This document shows, one piece after another, positions 25,501 to 37,984 of a stretch of 64,000 nt of DNA. The notes beneath the pieces were generated by a model. The model worked only from the letters and a program-made list of their open reading frames with translations. It did no database searches and had not been told where the DNA came from. This DNA comes from Heterodontus francisci. Lineage: Eukaryota. The stretch's first letter is position 1. The number at the start of each line of letters is the position of its first letter. The position numbers and the translations under genes were made by a program. The stretch lies in contig NC_090378.1 of NCBI RefSeq assembly GCF_036365525.1, positions 121,071,593 through 121,135,592 on the forward strand, written 5' to 3'.

Positions 25501-28500
25501 CAGCGAGGCCTGGACAACGTATGTCAGCCAAGAGTGATGTCTCAATTCATTCCATCTTCATTGCCTCCGGAGAATCCTTGGCATCAGGTGGCAGGACCGT
25601 ATCTCCAACACAGAAGTCCTCGAGGCGGCCAACATCCCCAGCTTATACACACTACTGAGTCAGCGGCGCTTGAGATGGCTTGGCCATGTGAGCCGCATGG
25701 AAGATGGCAGGATCCCCAAGGACACATTGTACAGCGAGCTCGCCACTGGTATCAGACCCACTGGCCGTCCATGTCTCCACCTTAAAGACATCTGCAAACG
25801 CGACATGAAGTCCTGTGTCATTGACCACAAGTCGTGGGAGTCAGTTGCCAGTGATCAAGGCGGGGCTAAAGAATGGCGAGTCGAAGAGACTTAGCAGTTG
25901 GCAGGAAAAAAGACAGAAGCGCAAGGAGAGAGCCAACTGTGTAACAGCTCCGACAACCAATTTTATCTGCAGCACCTGTGGAAGGGTCTGTCACTCTAGA
26001 ATTAGCCTTTATAGCCACTCCAGGGACTGCTCCACAAACCACCGACCACCTTCAGGCGCTTACCCATTGTCTCTCGAGACAAGGAGGCCAAAGAGAAAGA
26101 GAAGACAAGTGACGCGCGGTCCAAATCTTCCAGGATCTGGATCCACGACCTCACGTACACGGCTCGGGACCCTACGAGCTGCAGGTCCCTCAGCACGCCC
26201 TTCTTCTCTTTGTACACCTGCCACATGGCCGGGTCCGTGACGTCATGGCCGAGTCGGAACTCCAAGTCGAGCACCTCCCTCCCTAGGCGCCCGATCTCGG
26301 TTTCCTACCTCTTGGTCGACCCCTTCGCGTACTCCTGACAGAAGACACAGATGTGAGTCTTGCCCACATCCCACCATAGCCTCAAGGAGGGGAAGCCCCC
26401 TTGCTTCCTTCTCCAGTCGGCACAGAATCGACTGATCGAGTCCCGGAATTGCTCATCCTCCAGCACCCGGTTGTTAACGTGCCAGTACGTGGACCCTCCC
26501 CGCGTGCGGAGTGGAGTGAACTCCGCTCACACCAGGTGGTGGTCTGAGCACGGCACCAGCCACATGGAGGCCGCCGAGACGTGGGAGACGAATGCCTGCG
26601 GAACATAGAGGCGGTCGATTCGGGACCCTCCTCCTCCAAACCTGCATGTGACGGCGCTGGAGTTGGGATGGAGATTCCGCCAAACGTCCACCAAGTTAAA
26701 GGAGCTGATCAATTCCCTCAAGTTTTCCACCGATGCTTGGCCATGCTGGGGATCAGAGCGATCCCCCACCTCGAGGGTACAGTTAAAATTCCCCCTGAGG
26801 ATGATGCACTCGCCGCTATCGATAGGGCTCAAGAGAGTGGACACTTCTTCAAAGATGCACGTTTGCAACGCACCGGGCCTGGGCGCGTACATGTTCACAA
26901 AGTGGAGCGGCACGGTACCCAGGCGAACGGCAAGGTGGAGCAAGCGGCCCAGCACGACCTCCTTGACCCCCACAATCCCCGGCTGAAAAGTCGGGGCCAA
27001 CAAGACAGCCACGCCACTAGAAATAGGGGTGAGGTGACTCATGTAGACCCCACCCTGCCACTCCAGGAGCCAGGTGGCTTCGTCTCCCAGAACAGTGTGT
27101 GTTTCCTGCAGAATGCTCACCACATATCTCCCTTCCCTGAGGACTGAGAGATTGTGAAATCTGTGGTGAGACTCCCTACTGCCATTGATGTTGAGGCTGG
27201 CTATGGTTCTCTTCATGTCAAAAGTACTTAGAAACCTGTCACCAACACCTCACTGTGAGGAGGGTGCGGAAGTGACCTCGCCTTCCACTCCTCCACCGAC
27301 CCATTGAGGAACAACTTAAATAATCGCCTCTCAATCAGTTTCATGCCCACGCCCTTCCCGCTTTGTTGAGGGCGGAACCGACGGCCTGGATGATTAGCGC
27401 CAGATTTGACCATCGGCCGAGTGCCAGCTGAACTTTATTGCGGCAACACTTGCATTCCACAAGGAAGTCCCGGAGTTCCGCCGTGGGGATGAGAGGAGAC
27501 TCGATGGGAGGCACGAGGGAGTCCACCCCCTTACTGGCAATGGATTCAAGTCATCCTCCGTGCCCCACATCGAGTCCCCATCCTTCTCCGGGTCGTCACC
27601 GCCAGTGGCCGACACATCCACCACTCACCATGCGGCAGACGTCCCGGCCACACAAGCTGGTCCCGCCTCCATCACGATCCCACCCCCAGGACCGATGGTG
27701 GAGTCCTCTCTGGGTTCTTGAATGGGACTGGAGCCCAGGGGAAACTACCCCCCCTCCACCTCCGTCCCCTGGCCATTGAGCAGCCCAGGGGAGACAGGAG
27801 TTGCCGACTCCGAAAATCCAGCTGGAGCCGGGCATGGAGGTACAGAGAGGAGGCCATCTCCCACCCCACCAGTGCCCACAGACCCAGCAGATGGGGATTA
27901 CACAAATTGCCATCTGGGTCGGGCACATCCTGGGCAACAGCATCAGGCTGCTGGGAGGATTGACCCTCACAGGGCTCACCCCCACCCAGGACACCCGACC
28001 CAGTGGCAGATGGAATATTTTCTCCCGGGGAATACACAGGATCCCCCACCACGGGCAGGCCCCCCTCCTCAGGAGTTACTGAGATTACAGCAGCATCTCC
28101 CCCCTTCTGTTCAGAGGGGCAGAGGGTGCTCTCATGGTGCTGGACGTGGAGGGAGCCCGAGGACCCGCGCCAGGAGATGGGCCCTGCAACTCACAGCCCT
28201 CTTCAGAGGAGGTACGTCACCTCCTCTTATTTCGGGAGGGCACGTATGCTCAGAGACCTCCATCTCAGCAGAGGGCTCTGCTTCTCCCTCCGCGCCCCCT
28301 TTCCCAGGTTTCTTGGGCCCGAGCTTATCCGCGAGGCACATGGGCTCCCCTGGATCAGCTGTAGGGCTGAACTCAGGCTCAGGAATTTTTTCCATGTCCA
28401 GGGGACACACCTTCAGGTTTTTGTTTTGCGCCGCACCCTCCTTCCACCCGGACGGGTCTCTACCTCCCCACCGGAGGCCGTGAAGACCACAGCCTCCGGA

Positions 28501-29580
28501 ACTGCCTGAGCAGTGTCTGATACAGGTACAGGGGGAGTAGGGGGAGGTACATCATCGCCACCCTGGGCCGCCAAGGTGGAGTTGGCAGCTGGGAGATTAG
28601 GGCAGAAGGCGCGGTAGGCCGACCTCTGGAACTCCAGATTGAATGGCCCTCCAAGACCTCCTCCCATGCCAGTTACATAAATAGCTGGTGGCAGAAGGAG
28701 TACACATGCTGGAGGCTGTTCTCCTGAAGACTTTGTGGGACTGGGGTGATCTCCGAGCTCATCACCCCCAGATGGTGCAGATGTGGGTGGAGGAGCTCAT
28801 GGGGAATGAAAGGCAGGACATTTGATTGCATGATCCGCTGCACAGTGGACCCCAGAGGGTCCACCGGCAGGAATGTCCCCCACAGAGAGCCCCTTACTCA
28901 CGGCCAAAGACACTGCCCGCTCGATCTTCAGGAGGAACACAGCTTTCTTGTATATCTTTGAGGCTCCGACAATGGCCGAGGGGCCGACAACCTCGGCCAT
29001 TGCCTTAACGCAAGCCTCAATAGTCATAGTTGGGTGGGCGTAACTCATCGCCCCATGCTTTGTTGTCATGATTTTAAATAGTGACGGGGCAACAGGGAGA
29101 GGCTGCAGCAGCTGCTGCAGAATAGGAAGGCCCCGCCATCGGAGAGGAGGAGAAGCCATGGGGTAGAAGAGTTACACGCACTGTTTGTTTAGAGAGCAAA
29201 AAAAAAGTATACACTATAATAAATCGATAATGCAAACACTTAAATGATTGTAACAAAGGGGAAGAGGCTGAGAGAGAGGAAGGCCAGGAGGAATCAGACT
29301 TTGTTGGCATTTACAAAAGAAAAGTATTTTTGCTGGTCTTCCGGTTGGGAGGGTGGGGGTTGTCTTCACCTGGGAAAGCTGTAAGCTGCCCAGGCACACG
29401 CCTCTTCTGATATTGAGATAAATCGTCTCTTCACCTGGGCAGCTCCAGCTGTCCCAGGCGAGGTAGTTGGGGTGGGGAGGGAGTTCCCATCCAAAGGTGT
29501 TAAACACAGGAGCTCCCTTTTCAACAATACAGCCCCACCCAAGATCTTCAGGTCTCTTCTTCCCCCACCCCAACAATCAA
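22507..29580 (-). mobile_element. Near full-length, frameshifted Tx1-clade (L1 group) non-LTR retrotransposon
   Basis: ORF1 from 29159 (TIEACVKAMAEVVGPSAIVGASK, Tx1 ORF1-like); ORF2 from 27216: APE (SLNING, LQETH, SRIDRLY, SDH), RT (NWHPVSLL, GVRQGCPMSG, SAYAND), C-terminal Cys/His motif (CNFCG...HVYMEC). Confidence 0.9.
25270..26105 (+). mobile_element. RTE-clade LINE 3' fragment with inverted 5' segment, inserted in Tx1 ORF2
   Basis: ITSNLSLDAEINKR...TKVRVFQACVLSTLLYGSEAW, LRWLGHVSRMEDGRIPK, terminal CSTCGRVCHSRISLYSH; 25270-25335 is the adjacent upstream RTE sequence in reverse orientation. Confidence 0.88.
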
Positions 29581-30619
29581 TGAAAAAGACTTCAATGTGA
29601 AACAAACTCACAGAAGAGCTTTCAGTTCTTTGCATTCCTTTCGTGCCAACATGGATAAACGTATCTTTCAATCTCAGTCTCTCCTTCTACAACAACACCT
29701 CCAGCAACTGACTCTAGCACTGTCAGCTGTTCTTCGTTGCTGCAATCAGCAGTCAGCAATTAAATTAGGCAGCAGACATACCCCATGCTGTACCTGCCCT
29801 GGTAGCGTTTGAAGGGACAGTGCAGAAGGAGCTTTACTCTGTATCTAACCCTGTCTCTTTCTTCCCTTCTCTTTTACTCTCTCAATTCCTATTTCAATTC
29901 TCTGTTCATCTCTCCCTTTTCTCTCTCCATCTCTTCCTTCCTCTGTATCCTCTCTCTCCTGATCTCTCCCTTTTGCTCTCCAGATGGGGAGAAGGAGAAA
30001 GAGAGACAGAGACATGGTGTTGCAGGTTGGGGAGACAGGAAGATTGAGGATAGCATAGGTAGATGGAGCATTACTCTGTATTGAACCTGTGCTGTAACTG
30101 CCCTGGGACTGTTTAATGGGACAGTGTAGAGAGAGCTTTACTCTGGATCCAATCAGTTCAAAACTTGCCCAGGGACTGATCAAGAGAACCTGCAAGAATA
30201 TTCCTGGCTTGTACCTCCAGAAATTCCTCTTAATCACTGTTTGTTTGAAGAATTCCTTCCTGACCTTAGACCTGAACTTACCTTCTACCAATCAGAACAC
30301 ACTTCCTGCAATTGTGACTGAACTGACAACAGTGCTCTGGATTAACCTATTCTATTACACTTCCTGTCGTCAATCCCTCCTTTCATGGTTTAGATCCTGA
30401 GTCTCTCTGACCTTTCCTCCCAACACTGTCCTCTAACACACAGTGTCAGCCTCCTGGCCCATCTCAGCACCACACCCAGGGCTTGGGATGTTACCCATGT
30501 GACCAAACCTGGGCCCAGCCCTCAATGGGAGCCCCTCTCTGCTGAGATGTTCTTGTCTTGAGAGATGGCATGACTGGACTTCACACAGCCTGCTTGGAAT
30601 GATGGAATGATAAAGGAAG

Positions 30620-30975
30620 ATGATGGTGTCATGGTAAAGTCACTGGAGTAGGAATCCAGAGGCCTGGGCTAATGCCCTGGAGGCATGGGTTCAAATCCCA
30701 CCACAGCAACTGGTAGAATTTAAATTCAAATAATCAATAAAAATCTAGAATTGAAAGCTAGTCTCAGTCATGGGTGCCAGGAAATATCATCGATTGTTGT
30801 AAAAACCCATCTGGTTCACTAATGCCCTTTCAGGAAGGAAATCTGCCATCCTTACCTGGTCTGGCCGACATGTGACTCCACACCCACAGGAATGTGGTTA
30901 ACTCTTAACTGCCCTCTGAAATGGCCCAGTAACCACTCAGTTCAAGGCCAATTAGGGATGAGCAACAAATGCTGA
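30620..30975 (+). mobile_element. tRNA-derived SINE with a tail matching the 10476/36457 LINE family
   Basis: A-box-like TGGTGTCATGG, B box GGTTCAAATCCC, tail 'caattagggatgagcaacaaatgctg'. Confidence 0.65.
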
Positions 30976-30976
30976 A

Positions 30977-31666
30977 AAAATACTTAAAACTTAAACTAAA
31001 AACTCTAATTCGGTTAACGCCTACGCATACACGCTGTGCCCCACGCTAGCATGCATGTGCGATACATACATGCAATTAGAGACAGAAAAGAGCTAAAGAA
31101 AAAATAAAGTAGAGAGGTTTGAGGCAATATCAGAAGAGTTTCTTATTACTGTGCTTCGAGCTCACTGTCATTCTTTCGAGGTCGTTCTTGCTTGCAGGTA
31201 ATTTTTGCTTTTCGTTGGGGCCCAGTATTCTTCTTAAACCTTGTTCACTGTAGGAGACTTTTCTCTCTTGAGGTTCCTGTGTCTTCAATCGATTCCAAAG
31301 CTGGGGTGAAAGAGATGAGCAGACAGGAGAGAGGCGGCAGCAAGCCAGCCATGAGAGGTCTTTTCCAGTCCAGGAGCAAACAGTTTTCTGAGTGTAAAAC
31401 ACTATGTGGCAAGTTCAAATTCAAACAGGCAGTTAGTCATGTGACTAAACTGGTCTGACCAGGTCTTCTGTGTATTGGAGAAGCAGGGACTGGTTCCTTT
31501 GTTCCAGCACTGGCTGCTAGTTTGCAAAAAAGGTCTTTCTGGCGAGGGGCCTGGCAATTCCTTGTGATAGGCCCCCTTTCCATCCCAGCAGCAATGTTAA
31601 ATTTTAATGTTCATGTGGTGAAATAATGTGTGCCTCATTCTTGGCAGGTGCGGGGCCTGCATGACA
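30977..31666 (-). mobile_element. Truncated copy of the Gmr1-like LTR
   Basis: Collinear with 2655-3398; same TGTCATGCAGGCCCC start on the minus strand. Confidence 0.85.
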
Positions 31667-31669
31667 GTC

Positions 31670-31910
31670 TATGTGGAGGCCTATAGAAAACCCCCAGTTG
31701 TGTGATCATCCCCTTTTGTTTCTCAACACTAACCAAATGGATTCTGTCTTTGTCCCCTCAATAACATCCTTCCTTTCCAACACTACAATGTCTTCTCTAA
31801 TCAGTACTCCTACTCCACCTCCATTTTTACCTTCCCTAACTTTTCTGAACACTTTGTATCCTTGAATATTAAGCACCCAGTTCTTGTCAAATTGAAGCCA
31901 CATTTCCATT
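31670..31910 (-). mobile_element. CR1 endonuclease fragment
   Basis: WVLNIQGYKVFRKVREGKNGGGVGVLIRE...ESIWLVLRNKRG. Confidence 0.8.
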
Positions 31911-32159
31911 ATGTGGAGGTGGAGGAAGTAGAATGGAGCATGTGAGGTGGAAGGGGACTGGGGTGGGTGAGGGGTGATGGGGGAAAGGGATGGGTGAGGG
32001 GTGATGGGGGAGGGGGTAGGTGAGGGCGATGGGGGAGGGGGTGGCAGTGGGTGAGGGATTATCACGTGCCGCAGGCTGCTACTGTAGGGCACTGAGTTGA
32101 AAGGGACTGTGACCACAAACACTCTCCCCCTCCCATGTTCCCCCGCCCTCTCCCCAGTT

Positions 32160-35100
32160 TAGATACTGACCTATTCCTGATGTTAAAACATGACGACATT
32201 CACTATATTTCCCACTCCATAAACAAACACAACAATGTGGGGTTTTAAACAGCTTCTGTTGTTCAGATTTCATACTTCGTATAAAAATTGTGAACTTGAG
32301 AAATATTTCCTGCAAAGTACTGTTTGATGTAATGATTAATAAATTATATTGTCCTACTTGCTATTCGATGTTTTCATTTGAAAATTGTATCTGATCTATT
32401 TGAAAACAGGAGTTGAGTGAGTGTGACTGAGTGATCGGACGGCTCAGTGCAATATGTGATCAACAGTGATGTCTCAGCACAGCTTTCCCTTCTTATCTGA
32501 GGGAGGTTTTCAACAAGTATCACTTTGGAAACTCCATCTGGACATTGTGTTCTGTCCCAGGGCAGCTCCATCTGGACATTGTGTTCTCCCCCAGGACAGC
32601 TCCATCTGGACATTGTGTTCTCCCCCAGGGCAGCTCCATCTGGACATTGTGTTCGGTCCCAGGACAGCTCCATCTGGACATTGTGTTCTCCCCCAGGGCA
32701 GCTCCATCTGGACATTGTGTTCTGCCCCAGGGCAGCTCCATCTGGACATTGAGTTCTCCCCCAGGGCAGCTCAATCTGGACATTGTGTTCTGTCCCAGGG
32801 CAGCTCCATCTGGACATTGTGTTCTGCCCCAGGGCAGCTCCATCTGGACATTGAGTTCTCCCCCAGGGCAGCTCAATCTGGACATTGTGTTCTGTCCCAG
32901 GGCAGCTCCATCTGGACATTGTGTTCTGTCCCAGGGCAGCTCCATCTGGACATTGAGTTCTCCCCCAGGGCAGCTCAATCTGGACATTGTGTTCTGTCCC
33001 AGGGCAGCTCCATCTGGACATTGTGTTCTCCCCCAGGGCAGCTCCATCTGGACAATGTGTTCTGTCCCAGGGCAGCTCCATCTGGACATTGTGTTCTGTC
33101 CCAGGGCAGCTCCATCTGGACATTGTGTTCTCCCCCAGGGCAGCTCCATCTGGACAATGTGTTCTGTCCCAGGGCAGCTCCATCTGGACATTGTGTTCTG
33201 TCCCAGGGCAGCTCCATCTGGACATTGTGTTCTGTCCCAGGACAGCTCCATCTGGACATTGTGTTCTGTCCCAGGGCAGCTCCATCTGGACATTGTGTTC
33301 TCCCCCAAAGCAGCTCCATCTGGACATTGTGTTCGGTCCCAGGACAGCTCCATCTGGACATTGTGTTCTGTCCCAGGGCAGCTCCATCTGGACATTGTGT
33401 TCTCCCCCAGGGCAGCTCCATCTGGACATTGAGTTCTCCCCCAGGGCAGCTCAATCTGGACATTGTGTTCTGTCCCAGGGCAGCTCCATCTGGACATTGT
33501 GTTCTGTCCCAGGGCAGCTCCATCTGGACATTGTGTTCTCCCCCAGGGCAGCTCCAGCTGGACAATGTGTTCTGTCCCAGGGCAGCTCCATCTGGACATT
33601 GTGTTCTGTCCCAGGGCAGCTCCATCTGGACATTGTGTTCTCCCCCAGGGCAGCTCCATCTGGACAATGTGTTCTGTCCCAGGGCAGCTCCATCTGGACA
33701 TTGTGTTCTCCCCCAGGGCAGCTCCATCTGGACATTGTGTTCTCCCCCAGGGCAGCTCCATCTGGACATTGTGTTCTGTCCCAGGGCAGCTCCATCTGGA
33801 CATTGTGTTCTGAACCAGGGCAGCTCCATCTGCACATTGTGTTCTGTCCCAGGACAGCTCTATCTGGACATTGTGTTCTGTCCCAGGACAGCTCCATCTG
33901 GACATTGTGTTCTCCCCCAGGGCAGCTCCATCTGGACATTGTGTTCTGTCCCAGGACAGCTCCATCTGGACATTGTGTTCTCCCCCAGGGCAGCTCCATT
34001 TGGACATTGTGTTCTGTCCCAGAGCAGCTCCATCTGGACATTGTGTTCTGTCCCAGGGCAGCTCCATCTGGACATTGTGTTCTCCCCCAGGGCAGCTCCA
34101 TCTGGACATTGTGTTCTGTCCCAGAGCAGCTCCATCTGGACATTGTGTTCTGTCCCAGGGCAGCTCCATCTGGACATTGTGTTCTGTCCCAGAGCAGCTT
34201 TATCTGGACATTGTGTTCTGTCCCAGGGCAGCTCCATCTGGACATTGTGTTCTGTCCCAGGGCAGCTCCATCTGGACATTGTGTTCTGTCCCAGAGCAGC
34301 TCCATCTGGACATTGTGTTCTGTCCCAGGGCAGCTCCATCTGGACATTGTGTTCTGTCCCAGGGCCGCTCCATCTGGACATTGTGTTCTGTCCCAGAGCA
34401 GCTCCATCTGGACATTGTGTTCTGTCCCATGGCAGCTCCATTTGGACATTGTGTTCTGTCCCAGGGCAGCTCCATCTGGACATTGTGTTCTGTCCCAGGG
34501 CAGCTCCATCTGGACATTGTGTTCTGTCCCAGGGCAGCTCCATCTGGACATTGTGTTCTGTCCCAGAGCAGCTCCATCTGGACATTGTGTTCTGTCCCAT
34601 GGCAGCTCCATCTGGACATTGTGTTCTGTCCCAGGGCAGCTCCATCTGGACATTGTGTTCTCCCCCAGGGCAACACCATCTGGACATTGTGTTCTGTCCC
34701 ATGGCAGCTCCATCTGGACATTGTGTTCTCCCCCCGGGCAGCTCCATCTGGACATTGTGTTCTGTCCCAGGGCAACTCCATCTGGACATTGTGTTCTGAA
34801 CCAGGGCAGCTCCATCTGGACATTGTATTCTGTCCCAGGACAGCTCCATCTGGACATTGTGTTCTGTCCCAGGGCAGCTCCATCTGGACATTGTGTTCTC
34901 CCCCAGGGCAACACCATCTGGACATTGTGTTCTGTCCCAGGGCAGCTCCATCTGGACATTGTGTTCTGTCACAGGGCAACTCCATCTGGAAATTGTGTTC
35001 TGTCCCAGGGCAGCTCCATCTGGACATTGTGTTCTCCCCCAGGGCAACACCATCTGGACATTGTGCTCTGTCACAGGGCAGCTCCATCTGGACATTGTGT

Positions 35101-36045
35101 TCTCCCCCTGGGCAGCTCCATCTGGACATTGTGTTCTGTCACAGGGCAGCTCCATCTGGACATTGTGTTCTCCCCCAGGGCAACACCATCTGGACATTGT
35201 GTTCTGTCCCAGGGCAGCTCCATCTGGACATTGTGTTCTGTCACAGGGCAGCTCCATCTGGACATTGTGTTCTCCCTCAGGGCAGCTCCATCTGGACATT
35301 GTGTTCTGCCCCAGGGCAGCTCCATCTGGACATTGTGTTCTGTCCCAGGGCAGCTCCATCTGGACATTGAGTTCTCCCCCAGGGCAGCTCCATCTGGACA
35401 TTGTGTTCTGTCCCAGGGCATCTCCATCTGGACATTGAGTTCTCCCCCAGGGCAGCTCCATCTGGACATTGTGTTCTGTCCCGGGACAGCTCCATCTGGA
35501 CGTTGTGTTCTGTCCCAGGGCAGCTCCATCTGGACATTCCCCCAAAGTTGAACTTAACATAGTATTCCACACAAATTACAGTGTTGTCTGTCTCTAGAAG
35601 ATTCATGGTGAAAAGTCCAGCTCTCTGACTCTGTGCTGTTCTCCCATGTGAATTGCACTGCACCACTGGGTAACAATACATCCTGGTATGTTGGTTGTTC
35701 CCATGTCCTTATTGGCCATTGAGGATTCACAATGTCTATTAAGGAAAGGAGCTCTGGTTACTGGAGAACAGTGAGTTTGGAAGTTGTGACTGAGACCTTT
35801 CTCTGATTGTTGTGTCTTCTGAGAGTTGGAACTGGTGAGTCTGATTGTACATCAGAACCAGCATCAGTCAGATCCAATGTTGGGAAGTTCAGCGAGGGAA
35901 TGACTTTCCAGTTTTAAGGCACAATTATAGGCCACTGGAACTCTGTATAAATTCCACAATAGTGTAACAGGACAAGATTCCAGGTCTCAGACTTAACAAT
36001 GAGCTGAAAAGTCACAGATATGAGCAGACAAAAAGCAAGTTCCAT
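32160..36045 (-). pseudogene. Candidate decayed LRR receptor gene B, interrupted by the 34-bp minisatellite
   Basis: Signal-like MELAFCLLISVTFQLIVKS from 36045, then SCP; LRR cores MLVLMYNQ, GLSHN, VRELDFS-MNLLET (one frameshift), FGGMS..ELxLGQN; after the array STLQEIFL and KLFKTPHCCVCLW (LRRCT-like). Confidence 0.5.
32530..35538. repeat. 34-bp minisatellite (GGCAGCTCCATCTGGACATTGTGTTCTGTCCCAG)n, ~88 copies
   Basis: Uniform tandem array with no unique spacers. Confidence 0.98.
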
Positions 36046-36456
36046 GTCTACAGCACTCTCACTGACAGAACGCAACCTCCCAGTGCTTACAGTCCACAGG
36101 AGAAGGGAAAACTGGGATATAAACTTGGAAAATTCACAAGTCTCTTCCTCAAACCAGTTCCAGCCCATACACCACGTTTCTGTTCAGTCCCCAGTTATAA
36201 ACAGAATGCATTCCAGCCTCGTGTTTTGTTCATTTAAAACAAAACCTGTCTCTCATTCTATAATTTGATCTTTGTTATGGGTACGGTGATGAAGTGGATA
36301 TGATACTCAACTTGGAATCCAATGGACTAATAATCCAAACTGTGGGAGTTCAAATCCCACAATGGTTGTGAGAATCATAGGCTCATTGAATGGTTACAAC
36401 ACAGAAGGAGGCCATTCGGCCTGTCACATCTGTGCCAGCTTTTTCCAAAAGACATT

Positions 36457-37590
36457 AAGGCAGCATTTGACTGGCATCAAGGAGCCCCAGTAAAACTGGA
36501 GTCAATGGGAATCAGTGGGAAATCTCTCTGCTGGTTGGAGTCATACCGAGCATAACGGAAGATGGCTGTTGCTGTTGGTGGTCAGTCATCTCATCTCCAG
36601 GACATCGCTGCAGGAGTTCCTCAGGGTAGTTTCCCAGGTTCATCCATCTTCAGCTGCTTCATCAAAGACCTTCCTTCAATAATAAGGTCAGAAGTGGGGA
36701 TGTTCGCTCATGATTGCACAATGTTCAGCTCCATTCGCGACTCCTCAGATACTGAAGCAGTCTGTGTAGAAATAAGGCAAGACCTGGACAATATCCAGGC
36801 TTGAGATGATAAGTGGCACATAACATTCGCGCCACACAAGTGCCAGGCAATGACCATCTCCAATAAAAGAGAATCTAACCAACATTCAATGGCATTACAA
36901 TCGCTGAATCCCCCACTATCAACATCCTGGGAGTTATCATTGACTAGAAACTTAATTGAATTAGCCATATAAATACCGTGGCTACAAGAGCAGGTCAGAG
37001 GCTAGGAATCCTGCAGTGAGTAACTCACCTCCTGATTCCCCAAAGGCTGCCCACCATCTACAAGGCACAAGTCAGGAGTGTGATGGAATACTCTCCACTT
37101 GCCTGGATGGGTGCAGCTCCAACAACACTCAAGATGCTCGAGACCATCAAGGACAAAGCAATTGCTTGATTGGCACTTCATCCACAAACATTCACTCCCT
37201 CCATCACCGACGCACAGTGGCAGCAGTGTGTACCATCTACAAGATGCACTGCAGCAACGCACCAAGGCTCCTTTGACAGCACCTTCCAAACGCGCGACCT
37301 CTACCACCTAGAAGGGCAAGGGGTGCAGATGCTTGGGAACACCACCACCTGCAAGTTCCCCACCAAGTCACACACCATCCTGACTTGGAACTCGATCGCT
37401 GTTCCTTCACTGATGCAGGGTCAAAATCCTAGAACTCCCTTCCGAACAGCACTGTGGGTCTACCAACCCCACATGGACTGCAGCAGTTCAAGAAGACAGC
37501 TCACCACCACCTTCTCAATAGCAATTACGGATGGGCAATAAATGCTGGCCCAGCCAGCGACACCCACATCCCACGAACGAATCAAAAAAA
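36457..37590 (+). mobile_element. CR1/L2-group LINE 3' fragment
   Basis: AGVPQGS, MFAHDCTMF, IYKAQVRSVMEYS, HHRRTVAAVCTIYKMHC; A-rich end. Confidence 0.87.
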
Positions 37591-37594
37591 ACGC

Positions 37595-37955
37595 AACTCA
37601 ACTCATTCCACTCCCCTGCCTTTCCCCCATTGCCCTGCAAATCGTTTCTCTTCAGGTGTTTATCCAATCCCCTTCTGAAAGCCCCGATTGAATCAGCCTC
37701 CACCATACTCTCAGACAGTTCATTCCAGATCCTGACCACTCTCTGGGTAAAACAGTTTTTCCTCATGTCATCATTGGTTCCTTTACCAACCTCCTTAAAT
37801 TGGTGTCCTCTGGTTCTCAACCCTTCCACCAATGGGACCAGTTTCTCTCTATCTACTCTGTCCAAACCGCTCATGATTTCGAACACTTCTATCAAACCTC
37901 CTCTCAAGATTCTCTTCCCCAGGAGAACAATCTCAGCTTCTCCAATCTGTCCACG
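37595..37955 (-). mobile_element. CR1 3' fragment
   Basis: LRGGLIEVFEIM...FTQRVVRIWNEL. Confidence 0.85.
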
Positions 37956-37984
37956 TAACACAGGCAGAACAGAAGCTCGGTGTC

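Larger units (their letters stand above)
21880..30520 (+). pseudogene. Candidate decayed LRR receptor gene A, split by LINE insertions (pieces ~21880-22090, ~29580-29780, ~30145-30520)
   Basis: KHIPL*VRNIYL (LRRNT/LRR1-like); HRRAFSSLHS, LSLSFYNN; ORF 30116-30400 has NIPGLYLQ and ELTTVLWINLFYYTSCRQSLLSWFR (degenerate LxxLxLxxNPxxCxC..W), then TQCQPP. Manual reading only. Confidence 0.35.

Noticed and set aside
32530-35538. CRISPR-like array (34-bp periodicity; likewise the 36-bp array at 48458-51982)
   Set aside because: Units are head-to-tail with no unique spacers, there are no cas genes, and the context is vertebrate
32374-35681. Long ORFs (up to 854 aa) across the 34-bp array as real proteins
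   Set aside because: Open in all six frames because the unit lacks stops; an artefact of tandem repetition
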